This document shows positions 13,371-26,055 of a DNA stretch of 64,000 bases, piece by piece. The notes under the pieces were generated by a model. It was given only the letters and a program-made list of their open reading frames with translations. It was not told the origin of the DNA and did no database searches. The position numbers and the translations under genes were made by a program. This DNA is from Octopus bimaculoides (Eukaryota). Within the stretch, counting starts at the first letter, position 1; the number at the start of each line of letters is the position of its first letter. The stretch covers positions 51,757,282-51,821,281 of the forward strand of contig NC_068992.1 of the NCBI RefSeq assembly GCF_001194135.2. The letters are read 5' to 3'.

Positions 13371-14679
13371 CTGATAGCTTTCTATTATGACACATGTGAA
13401 GGTTGTGTGACATATACAGACTGGTATTGTTATAATACTCAATCTACTTCATGCAATTCATTTCTATTGTTTGAATTGATTTTGTCTATTAATGAAAATA
13501 GCATCCTTGATCCTTAATTTAAGACATCCATGCTGCCAATATGTTGTTTGGCATATGGCATTTCTTGAGTTTCTGAACTGATATGTTTATGAAGGATGTG
13601 TGTTAAGAGGGAGAAGGAAGGGGAGAAAGAGGAAATAGATGAGAACAGGATAAAGAGTGTTTATGCTACTCATTAGTAATAAAATGTATGATTCGATAAG
13701 TATTGTATGAGCATTTACATACGAGCACCTCATATACAAGATTTCGTACATGCAAACTTACGCACTTAATTTCTGGTATGCTTATGTGCGCATGCACACA
13801 GACACACACATCTTGATGTATGTATGTTTGTATGATCATCATCATCCCCATCAACATCATATATATATATATATATATATTTAATTTAAATAAAGAACTA
13901 TTATTACAATTGCTAATGATGATAATAAAGTGGCTAGCAAGTTTACACCTTTACAGGTAAAACAGAATTATCATTTCTCACTCATAATTTTTGAGAAGCT
14001 GATAATACTACTAGATCCCGACAATTTCAAGGAACTGCAGTGTTTCAAATAGATAAGTCTCCTTGGAATTGCAATATGTAATGTTTAAATATATCAAAGT
14101 TCTCCATTGTCAGGAGTATACCTTGAAGCAATTAAGAAACTGAAGCAATTAAGAAACTGTTGTAATGACTTTGCCATTTGGTGTCACACCTGGTTCACTC
14201 ACAAAACAGATATATCAATATAACTAGTATTTTCTGCACTGATATAAAACGGGCAACCAATGTACTTTTATTCAAGTAGATTTAATGATGTTGAAAAAAA
14301 ATAACATACTGCAGACTCTTAAAATCTGTCGGAAAAAACTGATATTCTTCAGTGCAAAAATTCAAACTTTTTAGAAATTAATAAGCAATGGCTTTTGCAT
14401 TTAACTGTCAATTTAAATATGCTATTGAAAATATCAAACTATGTCATTGAATACTATTTAAGACTACAGCTGTCTTATGTAGAATTCTTGAATCTGCTAC
14501 AGTTAAGGAATTGTTAAGTGAGTAGCAGATGTATGTAACAAAGAAAATTTATGAAAAGATAGAACACACTGGCTTAGAAAGGCAAATTGCTCATATAAAT
14601 TGCTCATTTGGCTGCATTGATCTTTTTAAAAAAAGACATGCTATGGGTAAAACTAAATATATTTTTCATTTGCCTGCTT

Positions 14680-14826
14680 AGGCTACAGAAATGGGCCGTG
14701 TCACAGGTCTTTGTAGTGCCACTGACACTAGTGGGACTGATGCTATTAACATAGTGTTAACATAGTTGCAAATTGATGATTTTGGTATGATATGAGCAGG
14801 GAAGGAATTCCACAGCCAACATTGTG
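14680..14826 (-). pseudogene. Possible 3' end of a LINE reverse transcriptase ORF
   Basis: LWNSFPAHIIPKSSICNYVN resembles the LWNSLP motif at the end of CR1/L2/Jockey RT ORFs; followed by a (GGAA)n tract. Confidence 0.35.
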
Positions 14827-16599
14827 GAAGGGAAGGAAGGAAGGAAAGCAGGAGGGAAGGAAGGAAGGAAGGAAGGAAAGACAGACTGAGCATAGTGATT
14901 TGTGCAAAGCCTGGGTTTTCAAACCAAAATGCGCGATAAGATTATGTTGGAATTATTTAGTTGGTAGTACATGAATGGAAGTAACAGAGCCAACCAGTTA
15001 CAATGATTGTTTGAATGCGTGACATATGTGCAAGTTTATAAACCTTACTTCATCAATATTACAAAAGGCCAACTATTATAATCAACTAAACTTTGGCCAT
15101 GACTGTCACTTGTTTTGGTCAGACCAAAACAAATTACCAAAATGTGCTACAATTGCATTTTGATAGCACATAATAAGTTTATGCATCACCCTTTTACGTG
15201 TGTCATATGAAAAGTAATTTCACAAGATATTATTCACTGTTTCTCTTCATTATTCACCTTATTTGGCATTTCAAGTTTTGCTCATAGTAACGATATCACT
15301 CAATATGACAGCACTGAATTTTGCTAACATTTGTGTAGATGGAATTTCCATAAGAATTTAATGATTCTCTACCATTGACAAACGAATGGTCAAAATGAAT
15401 GGAACAGTGGAGTAATAGGAAGATTGAGTCAGTTACATTTCAAACAAACAAAATGATAAAATATCAGGAGAAGGTTTCCTACTGTCTTTGCTTTCATGAA
15501 TATTAGATAATTGCTTTCTGAAGATTTAAATATAGTCATCGTGTAGCATAATCTAACTTTTCACATCATTCAACACTGCAAAGACCAAAGGGTTTTATCC
15601 TTAATTCTCTGGCGTTAACACAATTATTTCCTGCTTGGCTTTCTTCTGTAAAATATGTGAACCATAAAAAAAAAAAAGAGAAACATATATGGCTATCAAA
15701 AAGCAAAAGGGATCCATAAAATGTAGTTGTTAGTGAAAAATGCTCTAACTATTACATCCTGTTTCAATTTGCTGACATTGGATGGGTGACATGATTCAGT
15801 TTCAATCAGCCATTTGTCTCAAGCTCCTGAATCTATGATTTAAGATAACTGCAATGAAAATTGTAAACCTTTGATCAGGCCATGCTTTCTCTGAAGCAAA
15901 CACAACAACAAGAATAATGATATGATATTGGAAGTAATACATGAAGACATACCAAATAGTTACGTTATCACATTTGTAACAAACGATTCTAACAGGCCAA
16001 AAACAACAAGAAGATTGCCTGCCTAATTGAATCACTGTTCTAAAGGTAAATGATGGCTCCTTTTCAACACACAGCTGTGAACAGGTTATAACCAATGATC
16101 ACATTGACAATGTTACTTGCTTGCAATCCACTGCAAAAGCATATCTGAGCTTCTTGAGATGTTTCAATGTGTTAGGCAGTTTTGGAAATGAAAATCTCAT
16201 TCATGCAATATCAGTGGTTCCCAGTTATATGTGTACACATGTCCAAAATGTTTATTGTTCAATAAACTGGTAGATAATCGTTTCACTTGGAAATAGAAAA
16301 AGGTTGGTATTAGGAAGGGTTTTTGGCTATAGAAAACTCTACCCCAACATAGTCTAATCAGAACCCTGAATGCATGGAAAAGTTGAAGTTAACACAGTGA
16401 TGTTACTGCTGCTACTGCTGCTGCTGAAGATGATGTGAAGAATGAGGAGGAGGAGGAGGAGGAGGTGGCAAGTCAAAATTTATTCTTAATTAAAAAGAGG
16501 AAGATGACATAGATACATACATATGCATATACATACGTACATATATACAGACATACATATGTATGTACATACGTACGTATATACATGCAGACATGTGCA

Positions 16600-17030
16600 C
16601 CAACAGATGGGAGTAAAAGACACCAATTCAAAGGATAATACTGAACCAAAGTGGATTACCTGCCTTCAAAATAACGTCAATAGAATAAGAGAAAATTAGG
16701 ATATTTGGACACTATCATCAAATGCAGAGCTAAAAATGTGTTCCCAAATTACCAAATACAACTACATGATACATTCTCCAAATTCTGTGGGAACTGCTTT
16801 TAAGAAAACATTCACAGATAAACTGATTATCCTCATGAGTGATATGAGTGAAAAACTTCATTAGTGTAAAAAATTATACAAATAAAAAATGATTAATCAA
16901 AAGTTCACTCGAAACCCACAAACCCTCTGTCACAGAATGAAAGTTGATACCACCAAGGTAGCAAATGCTCTTCTCCAGGAAGGCATGGAATAATCCTGGT
17001 GGGGAATCTGGAATCTAAACAAAGAACACA
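16600..17030 (+). pseudogene. Decayed non-LTR retrotransposon ORF, R4/Dong-like
   Basis: EPKWITCLQNNVNRIR(fs)LGYLDTIIKCR resembles the pre-RT region of R4/Dong ORFs; many stops and frameshifts. Confidence 0.4.
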
Positions 17031-17234
17031 GTCATCAACTACGAAGTGAGTATAGTGTAAATGCCTCTTTCAAACATAACATCACCAGTGAAACACCACT
17101 GACAGTTAATAGTTATTATGAAACTGCTAAATGGAAACTGACCTGAGAGAGGCCGAGAGAGACTGCTGCTGTAACCACTGGGCCATTGCGCCTTCACAGT
17201 ATGTATGTATATATATGTATACATATATTTCTTA

Positions 17235-17465
17235 TATCTTTATTGCCCACAAGGGGCTAAACATGGAGGAGACAAACAAGGACAGATAAAGGGATTAAGT
17301 CGATTACATCGACCCCAGTGTGTAACTGATACTTAATTTATTGACTCTGAAAGGATGAAAGGCAAAGTCAACCTCGGCGGAATTTGAACTCAGAACCTAA
17401 CGGCAGACGAAATACCGCTAGGCATTTCGCCAGGTGTGCTAACATTTCTGCCAGATTGCCACCTT
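17235..17465 (-). mobile_element. tRNA-derived SINE with Meta-like central box
   Basis: Minus strand GGCAATCTGGCAGAAATGTTAGCAC...TTCTGAGTTCAAATTCCGCCGAGGTTGACTTTGCCTTTCATCC. Homologous copies at 12270, 24915, 25830, 30090, 33940, 50372, 56103 and 56720. Confidence 0.85.
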
Positions 17466-17599
17466 ATGTCCACATACATTTCTACCTACATACATAGATA
17501 TATGGCTATAATAGAAGATACTAAATTTGTCATGTAGGGTTTGGGAGTAGATTTCTTAACTATACACCTGTACACACATCTCTTGTAGATTTTGCCTTT

Positions 17600-17975
17600 T
17601 ACTAGCTTCAGTCATTAGACTGTGGCCATGCTGGGGCACCATCTTAAAGAATATTTTAGTTGAATGAGTTGACACTCATATTTCTTTTTTTGCTAAACCT
17701 GGTACTTATTCTATTGATCTCTTTTGCTGAACTGCTAGGTTACAGAGACACAAACACACCAACACCAGTTGTCAGGACACAACAAAACACACACATAGCT
17801 GTGTGTGTGTGTGTGTGCGATGGACCTCTTTCAGTTTCCATCCACCAAACCCACTCACAAGGCTTTGGTCAGCCCAAGGCTATTATAGAAGACACTTGCC
17901 CAACTTGCCACATGGTGAGACGGAACCTAGGCCCATATGGTTGGGAAGTAAACTTCTTACCACACAGCCACTCAA
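17600..17975 (-). mobile_element. CORE-like SINE copy
   Basis: Colinear with 12958-13370. Confidence 0.8.
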
Positions 17976-19404
17976 GCACCAATAAAATATAAAAACAATT
18001 CTCATCTCTGCAAAGGAGAATAAATATAAAACAAATTATAATCTTATATGTAATTATACAATGCTTCTTAATGTTGTTATTACCAATTCTATCATGCTAG
18101 GATAGATTGTGTAGGCTGTGGATACTCTTCCAAATATTCCATCTTTAATTTTTTTTTCTAGATTTCATTGGAACATTTCATCTAATTCCATCCATATTTA
18201 GATAACATCCTCTTATTTATATCAGCAGAAGAACAAATAAAACATCAGCAAAGAAGACTTAGTTAAAGTCTGGAATTGTTTGGTACTCAAACCATGAGGC
18301 TGGAATGTGAACTTCTTAACCTCACAGCCTATCATGGAATGCTTAAAACGAAATGTGAGCAATTTAAAAACGATAGATTTTATATCAGATGTGTTACATT
18401 TTAGTTGTATATTGCTAAACTTGGTAGCAGATTGCAAATATTATAAGCTATCTTTGGCTGTTGTGTAACATGTGACTGTACAACTAATGTTATGCATGGT
18501 GAGTAGGTGTAGATTTCTTTATACATCGTGAAGCTGCAGCATAAATATATCTGACTGCAGTTGCAGGGACACAATATGGATGTCTGGATGCTGCTATGAG
18601 ATTACCACATGCATGTTGTTAGGAAGTTATTAAAGATACGTTACTGACATGGGTTTATGCATTTCTATGGCCAGAAACAAGATGTTTTGCATAGTTCACT
18701 TCGTAACCACGTGATTTTAGGATTTATACCACTGTGTGACAACTTGGGCAAATGTCTTCTGTTACAGAATCAGGATGACCAATGCCTCATGAGTAAAATC
18801 TGGGAGATGAAACTGTACTGAAACTTTTTATACATACATGTATGTGAATGCTTCTGCGCTTTCACATTGTCACTGTTTCAGTAAAAGTGCTACCTTAATT
18901 TTTTCTGTAGGATGGCAAGTTTGGTATGTGTAAGTACCAGTGGAATACTGGCACTCTGTCAGTTATGATGATAAGGGCTCCAGTTGATCTGATCAATGGA
19001 ACAGCCTGCGCATGAAATTAACATACATGTGGCTGAGTACTCCATAGTTGTGCAAATCCTTAATGTAGTTCACAAGGATACTCAGCATGACACAGTATGT
19101 ATGGAAAGAAGACATATGAACATATACATGCATATATATGTATGTCTGTGTGTGCATCATCATCATCATCGTTTAACGTCCGCTTTCCATGCTAGCATGG
19201 GTTGGACGATTTGACTGAGGACTGGTGCAACCGGATGGCTTATATATATATATATATACACACACACACTCACACTCACACACATACACACATAATTGTT
19301 TGTTTTGGGGTATACATGTGCACGTGTGTGCATGTGTGTGTATGTAAGGATTTATTTACATCTATGTATATTAAGGAGAATGAGAGAGGATTATAGGAGT
19401 AAAA

Positions 19405-19410
19405 TAGAGA

Positions 19411-19467
<57 letters not shown>

Positions 19468-19505
19468 TGTGTGTGTGTGTGTGTGTGTGTGAGTGTGTGT
19501 GTGTA
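19405..19505. repeat. (AG)n followed by (TG)n microsatellite
   Basis: Directly visible. Confidence 0.95.
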
Positions 19506-21429
19506 GAAGATGATGCATGCAACATGTGCTCAGTGAAAACATTTGTTGGAGTTTTCACTAATTGAATTCAGAATAATACAATATTAAATATTTATTAAAT
19601 ATTACATTTTTGGATTATTTAAAGCAATAGTAAATGAAGAAAGGTACAAGAAGTTTCTCAATAATTCAAATGATTCTGTGGGATCTAAAAAAATATTCCA
19701 TAGGAAAATATTGATTAACACTATATTGTAGACATGCCATTTCTTGGCTGAAAGCATTCTTCATGTAAATATTATATATTTTTGTATCACAAGGAAACAC
19801 TGATTTTGGTTGCTCTCATTATAGTTCTAAAATTAATCAATTTCTGTTACCCAAACTAAACTATTCACTAAAATTAAAGTTAGATTAGATTTTGTTTCTC
19901 ACGCTAGTATGGGTGGTTTATTTCTGAATATTTTGAACATTTTGTTTCATGTTTTACAGATTCTGTTTGTTAGAGATGGAAATTGGAATGATTTGGATAA
20001 CAAAACAAAAAGGTGTAAAAAAAAAAATAACTGCAATTGTTAAATTATTGTTATTATATTTAATGCTAAGAGCATTAGAATGTTAACTGGAAATAATTAG
20101 GTGGCGAGAAAATAATTAAAGGTACAGGCATGATTGTATAGTAAGAAATTTGCTTTGCAACAACATGGTTCTGGGTTCAGTCCCATTGCATGTTAACATC
20201 AACAAATATTTTTTGCTATAGCCACAGCTACCCATGTGAGAAAATTTGGTAGATGGAAATTGAAAAGCTCATTATACATACACACATGCATAAATACATA
20301 CATACTTACATGTGTGTGTGTATTTGTGTCTCCTCTTCTTCACTTACATTAAAACTTTTCATAAAAATTTCATGTTAATATATGTGCTAACCACTGGTTT
20401 AATAATGATAAAATTATTTTACTAATTCTTCGTTATTTTCAAAGTTAATTGAAATAAAACCAGTTTATGTAGTAGAAAGCTTGAAACAGGAACAGGAATA
20501 ATAAGGCTTTTAAATACGCTTTTTATTGTTTTGCTTGGTATAAAGTCTGAAAACAAAAGTGTAAAATGTGACTGACCATCAAGGTCCCTCGACCATGGTG
20601 TTTCAAATTTATGGAGTTCAATCTGTATTAAAAAATCTTCACTCAATTCTGACTATAGTAATCCAAACGAAAGTTTACAGAAGGCAACTAGTTTTCGGTG
20701 TGGTTAGGTTCCACCATATAAGAAACATATTCTTTGATGAGCCAAATAGGGAGCCTTTATGTGGCTACTTAATCTGCAAGAAATAGCAGTCAACATTATT
20801 TACATTATTTGCATTTGATGTCCCTGATCATAGGTCTGTTTAATTACAGCTAACAACAACAACAACAACAACAGCAACAATATATTGCTTTTCTTGGGAG
20901 AGTTTCATAGTTCCAGAGAAGATTTGCTTGAAAATTGACCTTCTGCTCTTCAAATGTATAACTTGTGAGAAGACTATGACTCCATCTTACACAACTTTTA
21001 TTCTGACGTACCCAATAAGTGCAGTTTCTTTCATGTAATCATTGAGTTTTAGACTCTGACATTGTAACAGGGTCTGACAAATGTATTGAGTTAAAAATTG
21101 TTCTATTGTTTCATGACAATTATTAATTGGCTTATTCTCTGTAATAAGAAACAACAATTATTTCAGTCAGTTTAATTTCTCACACATAATTTGATCAGAA
21201 TGTCAACAAACAATGATATCATCATCATCCTTCTTATTTCTCTTTCTTGTTATGATATTGTAACTCTAATTGGAAAGAAAATTTAAATTGTGTGGGTACC
21301 AAAAGTAACCAGACAAAATAAGATTAAAGCTTGCAAACACAGATATACATTAGCTACTGTTTAAAGCTGTCAGTACATATACTTTAGAAATTATTTGAAG
21401 CCAAAAGCACATATACTAATACTGTTTAA

Positions 21430-21651
21430 CCCTTTTGTTACCATATTTCTGTTGGGATACTCTGTGTTTCTTTCAATTAATTTCAAACATAACAAAAAAT
21501 TTAATAAAATAGCTTAATTATCATTAAGCTAGTGTTAGGAACATAAATTGTGACTAAGGTTTGGTGGAAGATTTTAATTCAGAACTTTTGGAAACAAGAC
21601 ATCTGTACTACAGAGTCACAGGTAGTTTCAAGTAAGTTGGTATCCAAAAGG
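21430..21651. mobile_element. piggyBac-type MITE (degenerate right end)
   Basis: TTAA|CCCTTTTGTTACCA... left end; right end ...TTGGTATCCAAAAGG; about 220 bp with no coding capacity. Confidence 0.5.
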
Positions 21652-22023
21652 TCAAAGTTGTAATCATATATGTATACTATTACAAGTGTTTAAACATGTG
21701 AACATGTATTTTTATTACTGTCTGAAATTGTAAACACACATGTGATACTGACAGCAAATTTTGGCACAAAACCAGCAATTTTGGGAAAGGTGATAAATCG
21801 ATTACATTGATACCACCTTAAACACGTGTGTAATATCAGTTTTTAGCATAGATATATTATTTATGCAATTTAAAGCTGTAAGTACATATGTATTATGTTT
21901 TTCACTTCAAAGCTGTAAGCACATATACAATTATTGTTGAAAGTTCTAAGCATATACATACTATAGCAATATTTTGATGCTGTAAACTGATGTAATATAT
22001 CTGTTGTTTAAAACTGTAACCAT

Positions 22024-22265
22024 ACATCATCATCATCATCATCGTTTAACGTCCACTTTCCATGCTAGCATGGGTTGGATGATTTGACTGAGGACTGGCG
22101 AACCAGATAGCTACATTAGGCTCCAATCTGATTTGGCAGAGTTTCTACAGCTGGATGCCCTTCCTAACGCCAAACACTCTGAGAGTGTAGTGGGTGCTTT
22201 TATGTGCCACCGGCACGAAGGCCAGTCAGGTAGTACTGGCAACGGCCACTCTCAAAATGGTACAT
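22024..22265 (-). mobile_element. (GAT)n-tailed SINE/LINE-tail element
   Basis: (CAT)n CGTTTAACGTCCACTTTCCATGCTAGCATGGGTTGG... family; sense copies at 29745-30040 and 63175-63520, fragments at 19160, 22310, 35720, 44570 and 57990. Confidence 0.85.
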
Positions 22266-22654
22266 AGTATTATACTGTTTATCGCTGTAAAGATATACAT
22301 ATACATACATATCATACACATCATCATCATCATCATTATCATCATCCTCAGCACCATCATTTAACGTTATTTTTCCGTCCTGGCATGGGTTGGACAGTTT
22401 GACAGAAATCCAAAGAGTATCCAAGGATTGCATCGAGCTCCAGTGTCTACTTTGTTATGGTTTCTACAGCTGGATGCTCTTCCAACCATTTTACAGCGAG
22501 GAGGACTTGGTGCCTTTTTCATGTCACCAGCATTACTACTCATGACTAATCAGGAATTTGGGGTACAAATACAAAGAACACAATATATTGGTTTGTAACA
22601 CAATCACTTGGCCATATATTCTTATTAGGTTAACACTGTATTGACTTAGTACTT

Positions 22655-23037
22655 TGTTGCTGGCACTCCGTCGCTTACGTCGAGGGTTCCAGTTGATCCG
22701 ATCAACGGAACAGCCTGCTTGTGAAATTAATGTGAAAGTGGCTGAGCACTCCACAGACACGTGTACCCTTAACGTAGTTCTCGGGGATATTCAGCGTGAC
22801 ACAGTGTGACAAGGCTGACCCTTTGAATTACAGGCACAACAGAAACAGGAAGTAAGAGTGAGAGAAAGTTGTGGTGGAAGAGTACAGCAGGGTTCGCCAC
22901 CATCCCCTGCCGGAGCCTCGTGGAGCTTTAGGTGTTTTTTGCTCAATAAACACTCACAACACCCAGTCTGGGAATCGAAACTGCGATCCTATGACTGCGA
23001 GTCCGCTGCCCTAACCACTGGGCCATTGCGCCTTCAC
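22655..23037 (-). mobile_element. tRNA-Arg-like SINE (OR-type)
   Basis: Minus head GTGAAGGCGCAATGGCCCAGTGGTTAGGGCAGCGGACTCGCAGTCATAGGATCGCAGTTTCGATTCCC has a TCG anticodon-like triplet. The tail GTTGATCCGATCAACGGAACAGCC is shared with 18935 and 37305. Confidence 0.85.
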
Positions 23038-24577
23038 TGAGTTAGTACTACATTATAATGATCCAGAAGGATGAGAGGTAAAAACCAGTTATGGTATTTC
23101 AGCTGAGAATTCTGAATGTAAAAGGAGATAATTGAATATTTCAATGCATTTAGGCATTTTGTTTATTGCCCTTCATCTGGTTATTCCAATTGTTCCATCC
23201 ACCACCCTTTTAGCTAATATTATGATGATTAATGAGAAGTCAAAGAGCATATCGCTAAATTGCCACTACTGCATTAACTTATCTATCTAACCAACTAGCA
23301 ATCTATACATACATATGTGTGTGTATGCATGTGTGTTTGTGTGAGTATATATATTTGCATGTGTATGCATATAGACGTATATACTCACTCATGTATACAC
23401 ACATACATACACACCCACCTACACACATATACATCTATGCTGAACAGTTACATTATAATTACATATTGCAATTTTTAGATTAATGGCAATGATGCCAATG
23501 ATAAAATTTGACACTGTTTCCATTATATTGGAGAAAATCTTATTTTCTTCATATAACCCTAAAATACCATTTTCTATTTTGTTTTCCTGCTAAATCCTTT
23601 CTATTTTAAGATATTCAGCATTTCTTTAAAATTGACCGAGAAGATAATCAACATGTGAGGTTAACGAACCCCAGCTCAATAATCTGAAAGATATTCTGTA
23701 CAAGAGATTCTTGAAGGGATTATATTGGTATGTTTCTTCCAGATATTTGTCAAATCCTATATAATGCTGAATAAGTAAATCAATTGAATTAGTATTTGTT
23801 GAAATTTGATTAAGTCAATTGATATTCAGATCTAATTGTCTTAATAGCTTGCAGTGGGCAAACAGTACCTGCAGCTGTCAGCCGCTAAAATATCATTTCA
23901 ATTCCTCACCCTGGTGTCAAAATCAACTAATTAGCTGATGAAGTTATCTGAGATACCATTAAATTAAATAAACTCTCCGAATCTCTCTAATTAAAACTAA
24001 AACAGCAGTTCTGTAACTGTGAGGATAAGGTACAAAACTACTGACCACAAGATTGTCAGTTCTAATTCCTTATTGTTTGAAAAAAGCACATCATCATCAT
24101 CACCATTAGTATTATTATTATTGTTATTGTTGTTATTATTATTGTTGTTATTGTTATTGTTGTTATTATTATTGTTGTTGAAGCAATCACAAAAATCTCT
24201 AAAGCTTAACTTGACATCTCGGGAAAGTCATTGCCTGGATTGTTCTGCATAGCATGAAATGTGTCATGATGCATCGAAACAATTTGAGTTGAAGGAAAAA
24301 ACAAAAAAACAAAAAAACAAAAGAACTATATCCTGCAATCAACAGATGCATTTGCCCAATTCCAGGCAAAATCAAAATCACCATTTTCCTCATTGCACCT
24401 TCATAGCAAAATCCATACCTGTAATCCTCAGATTACATTCCAGCATCCATCATAAGTAGATGCAGCTTCTTGTGTTCTTTTATTTTTGAAAGCTGTTTTC
24501 TCCTTCTCTCATCTTTCCTTTTAATTCTCTCCTTCAATGATTCATACATCAAAATCAATGGGAACAACCATTATTAA

Positions 24578-24797
24578 CCTTTTAGTGTTTAAACCGGCTG
24601 TATCCGGCCCAAATATTCTACACATTTTATGCTCAAACTGGTCAGAACCAGCCTCTCACACCTACCCTGCAATGTCATTCTGAAAATAAGCAATTACATC
24701 TTTCATATCTTGAAGCTACAAAATAATATCAGATAAATTCTTTTAAATGTGAATAAATAAGGATTATTTTTGCCAAATTAATCTGAACGCTAAAGGG
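24578..24797. mobile_element. piggyBac-type MITE
   Basis: TTAA|CCTTTTAGTGTTTAAA ... TCTGAACGCTAAAGGG|TTAA: imperfect TIRs with TTAA duplication, 220 bp. Confidence 0.75.
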
Positions 24798-24825
24798 TTA
24801 ATATTATCATTATTATTATTATTAT

Positions 24826-24887
24826 TATTGAGTGAGAGAGCAGTGCATGCCATCAAAGTGACACTGGGGTAAAATATACGAAGCCCA
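24826..24887 (-). mobile_element. 5'-truncated 3' end of an R4/Dong-associated element inside an (ATT)n tract
   Basis: GAGTGAGAGAGCAGTGCATGCCATCAAAGTGACACTGGGGTAAAATATACGAAGCCC flanked by ATT repeats on both sides; same sequence at 60442 and 60783. Confidence 0.65.
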
Positions 24888-25369
24888 ATTATTATTATTA
24901 TTATTATTATCATTATGGTGGATGAAGTGCTTAGTGGTATTTTGGCCGTCCCTACGTTCTCAGTTCAACTTCCACTGAGGTTAACTTTGCTTTCATCTTT
25001 TCGGGGTCAATAAAATAAGAACAAGTTGAACACTTGGTCGATGTAACTGACTCACCCCCACCTCTCCCAAGCTACCCTTGTGGCAAAAATTTGAAATAAT
25101 AATAACAACAACAATAACAACAACAACTATTATTACTATTATCATTATTAATCATTTACATTAGCATCTTCTTTCAACTCTGTTTCCATTTCTGGCCAAG
25201 TGTCTTCCTGAAACCTAGGGCAGAGAAGCGCACTGTATACATAGGTAGGCGATTAAAACAAATCCACCAGATCATTCATTTATAGAGTCATGTGACAGAG
25301 ACACACACACTTTGATATGGTACACATGTATAGGTATAAATGTATAAGTAAGTTTTGAATGGTTTAGTT

Positions 25370-26055
25370 GAGCAAATCAGCCTCAGCACTTAAGTTTTTT
25401 TGTTTTTTTTTTGAAGACTGATACTTATTCTAACAATCTCTTAGGCTGACCTGTTAAGTTACAGGGGACATAAACAAACGAACACCAGTTGTCAAAGTGG
25501 TGGTGTTGTTGGTGGGGGCTCAAACACAGACACAAAGATGCACACACACACACAGATACATATACGATGGGCTTCTTTCAGTTTCCGTCAACAAAATCCA
25601 CTCATAAAGCTTTGGTTGGCATGGGGTTTTATAGTAGAAGACACTTGCGCAAGGTGCCATGCAGAGAGAATGAACCTGGAACTATGTGTTTGAAAAAACA
25701 AATACTTTTTACTACACACACACATACATACATATACATACACACACATACACACACACTCACACACACACATACACATTCACACACACACATGCACACA
25801 CACACAATGGATTTACATATACTTTCTTATTTACTTATTGCCCACAAGGAGCCAAACATAGAGGGGGCAAACAAGGACAGACAAGCGGATTAAGTCGATA
25901 ACATCAACCCCAGTGTGTAACTGGTACTTAATTTATCTATCCCGAAAGGATGAAAGGCAAAGTCGACCTCAAGGGAATTTGAACTCAGAATGTAACGGCA
26001 GACGAAATACCGCTAAGCATTTCACCCGGCATGCTAACGTTTCTGCCAGCTCTCT
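25370..26055 (-). mobile_element. CORE-like SINE plus Meta-like SINE in tandem, separated by (CA)n
   Basis: Homology to the copies at 12958 and 17235. Confidence 0.8.

Noticed and set aside
22960-23037. Functional tRNA genes (also 13300, 36040, 41726, 49546, 51040)
   Set aside because: All are SINE heads with degenerate cloverleaves continuing into SINE bodies.
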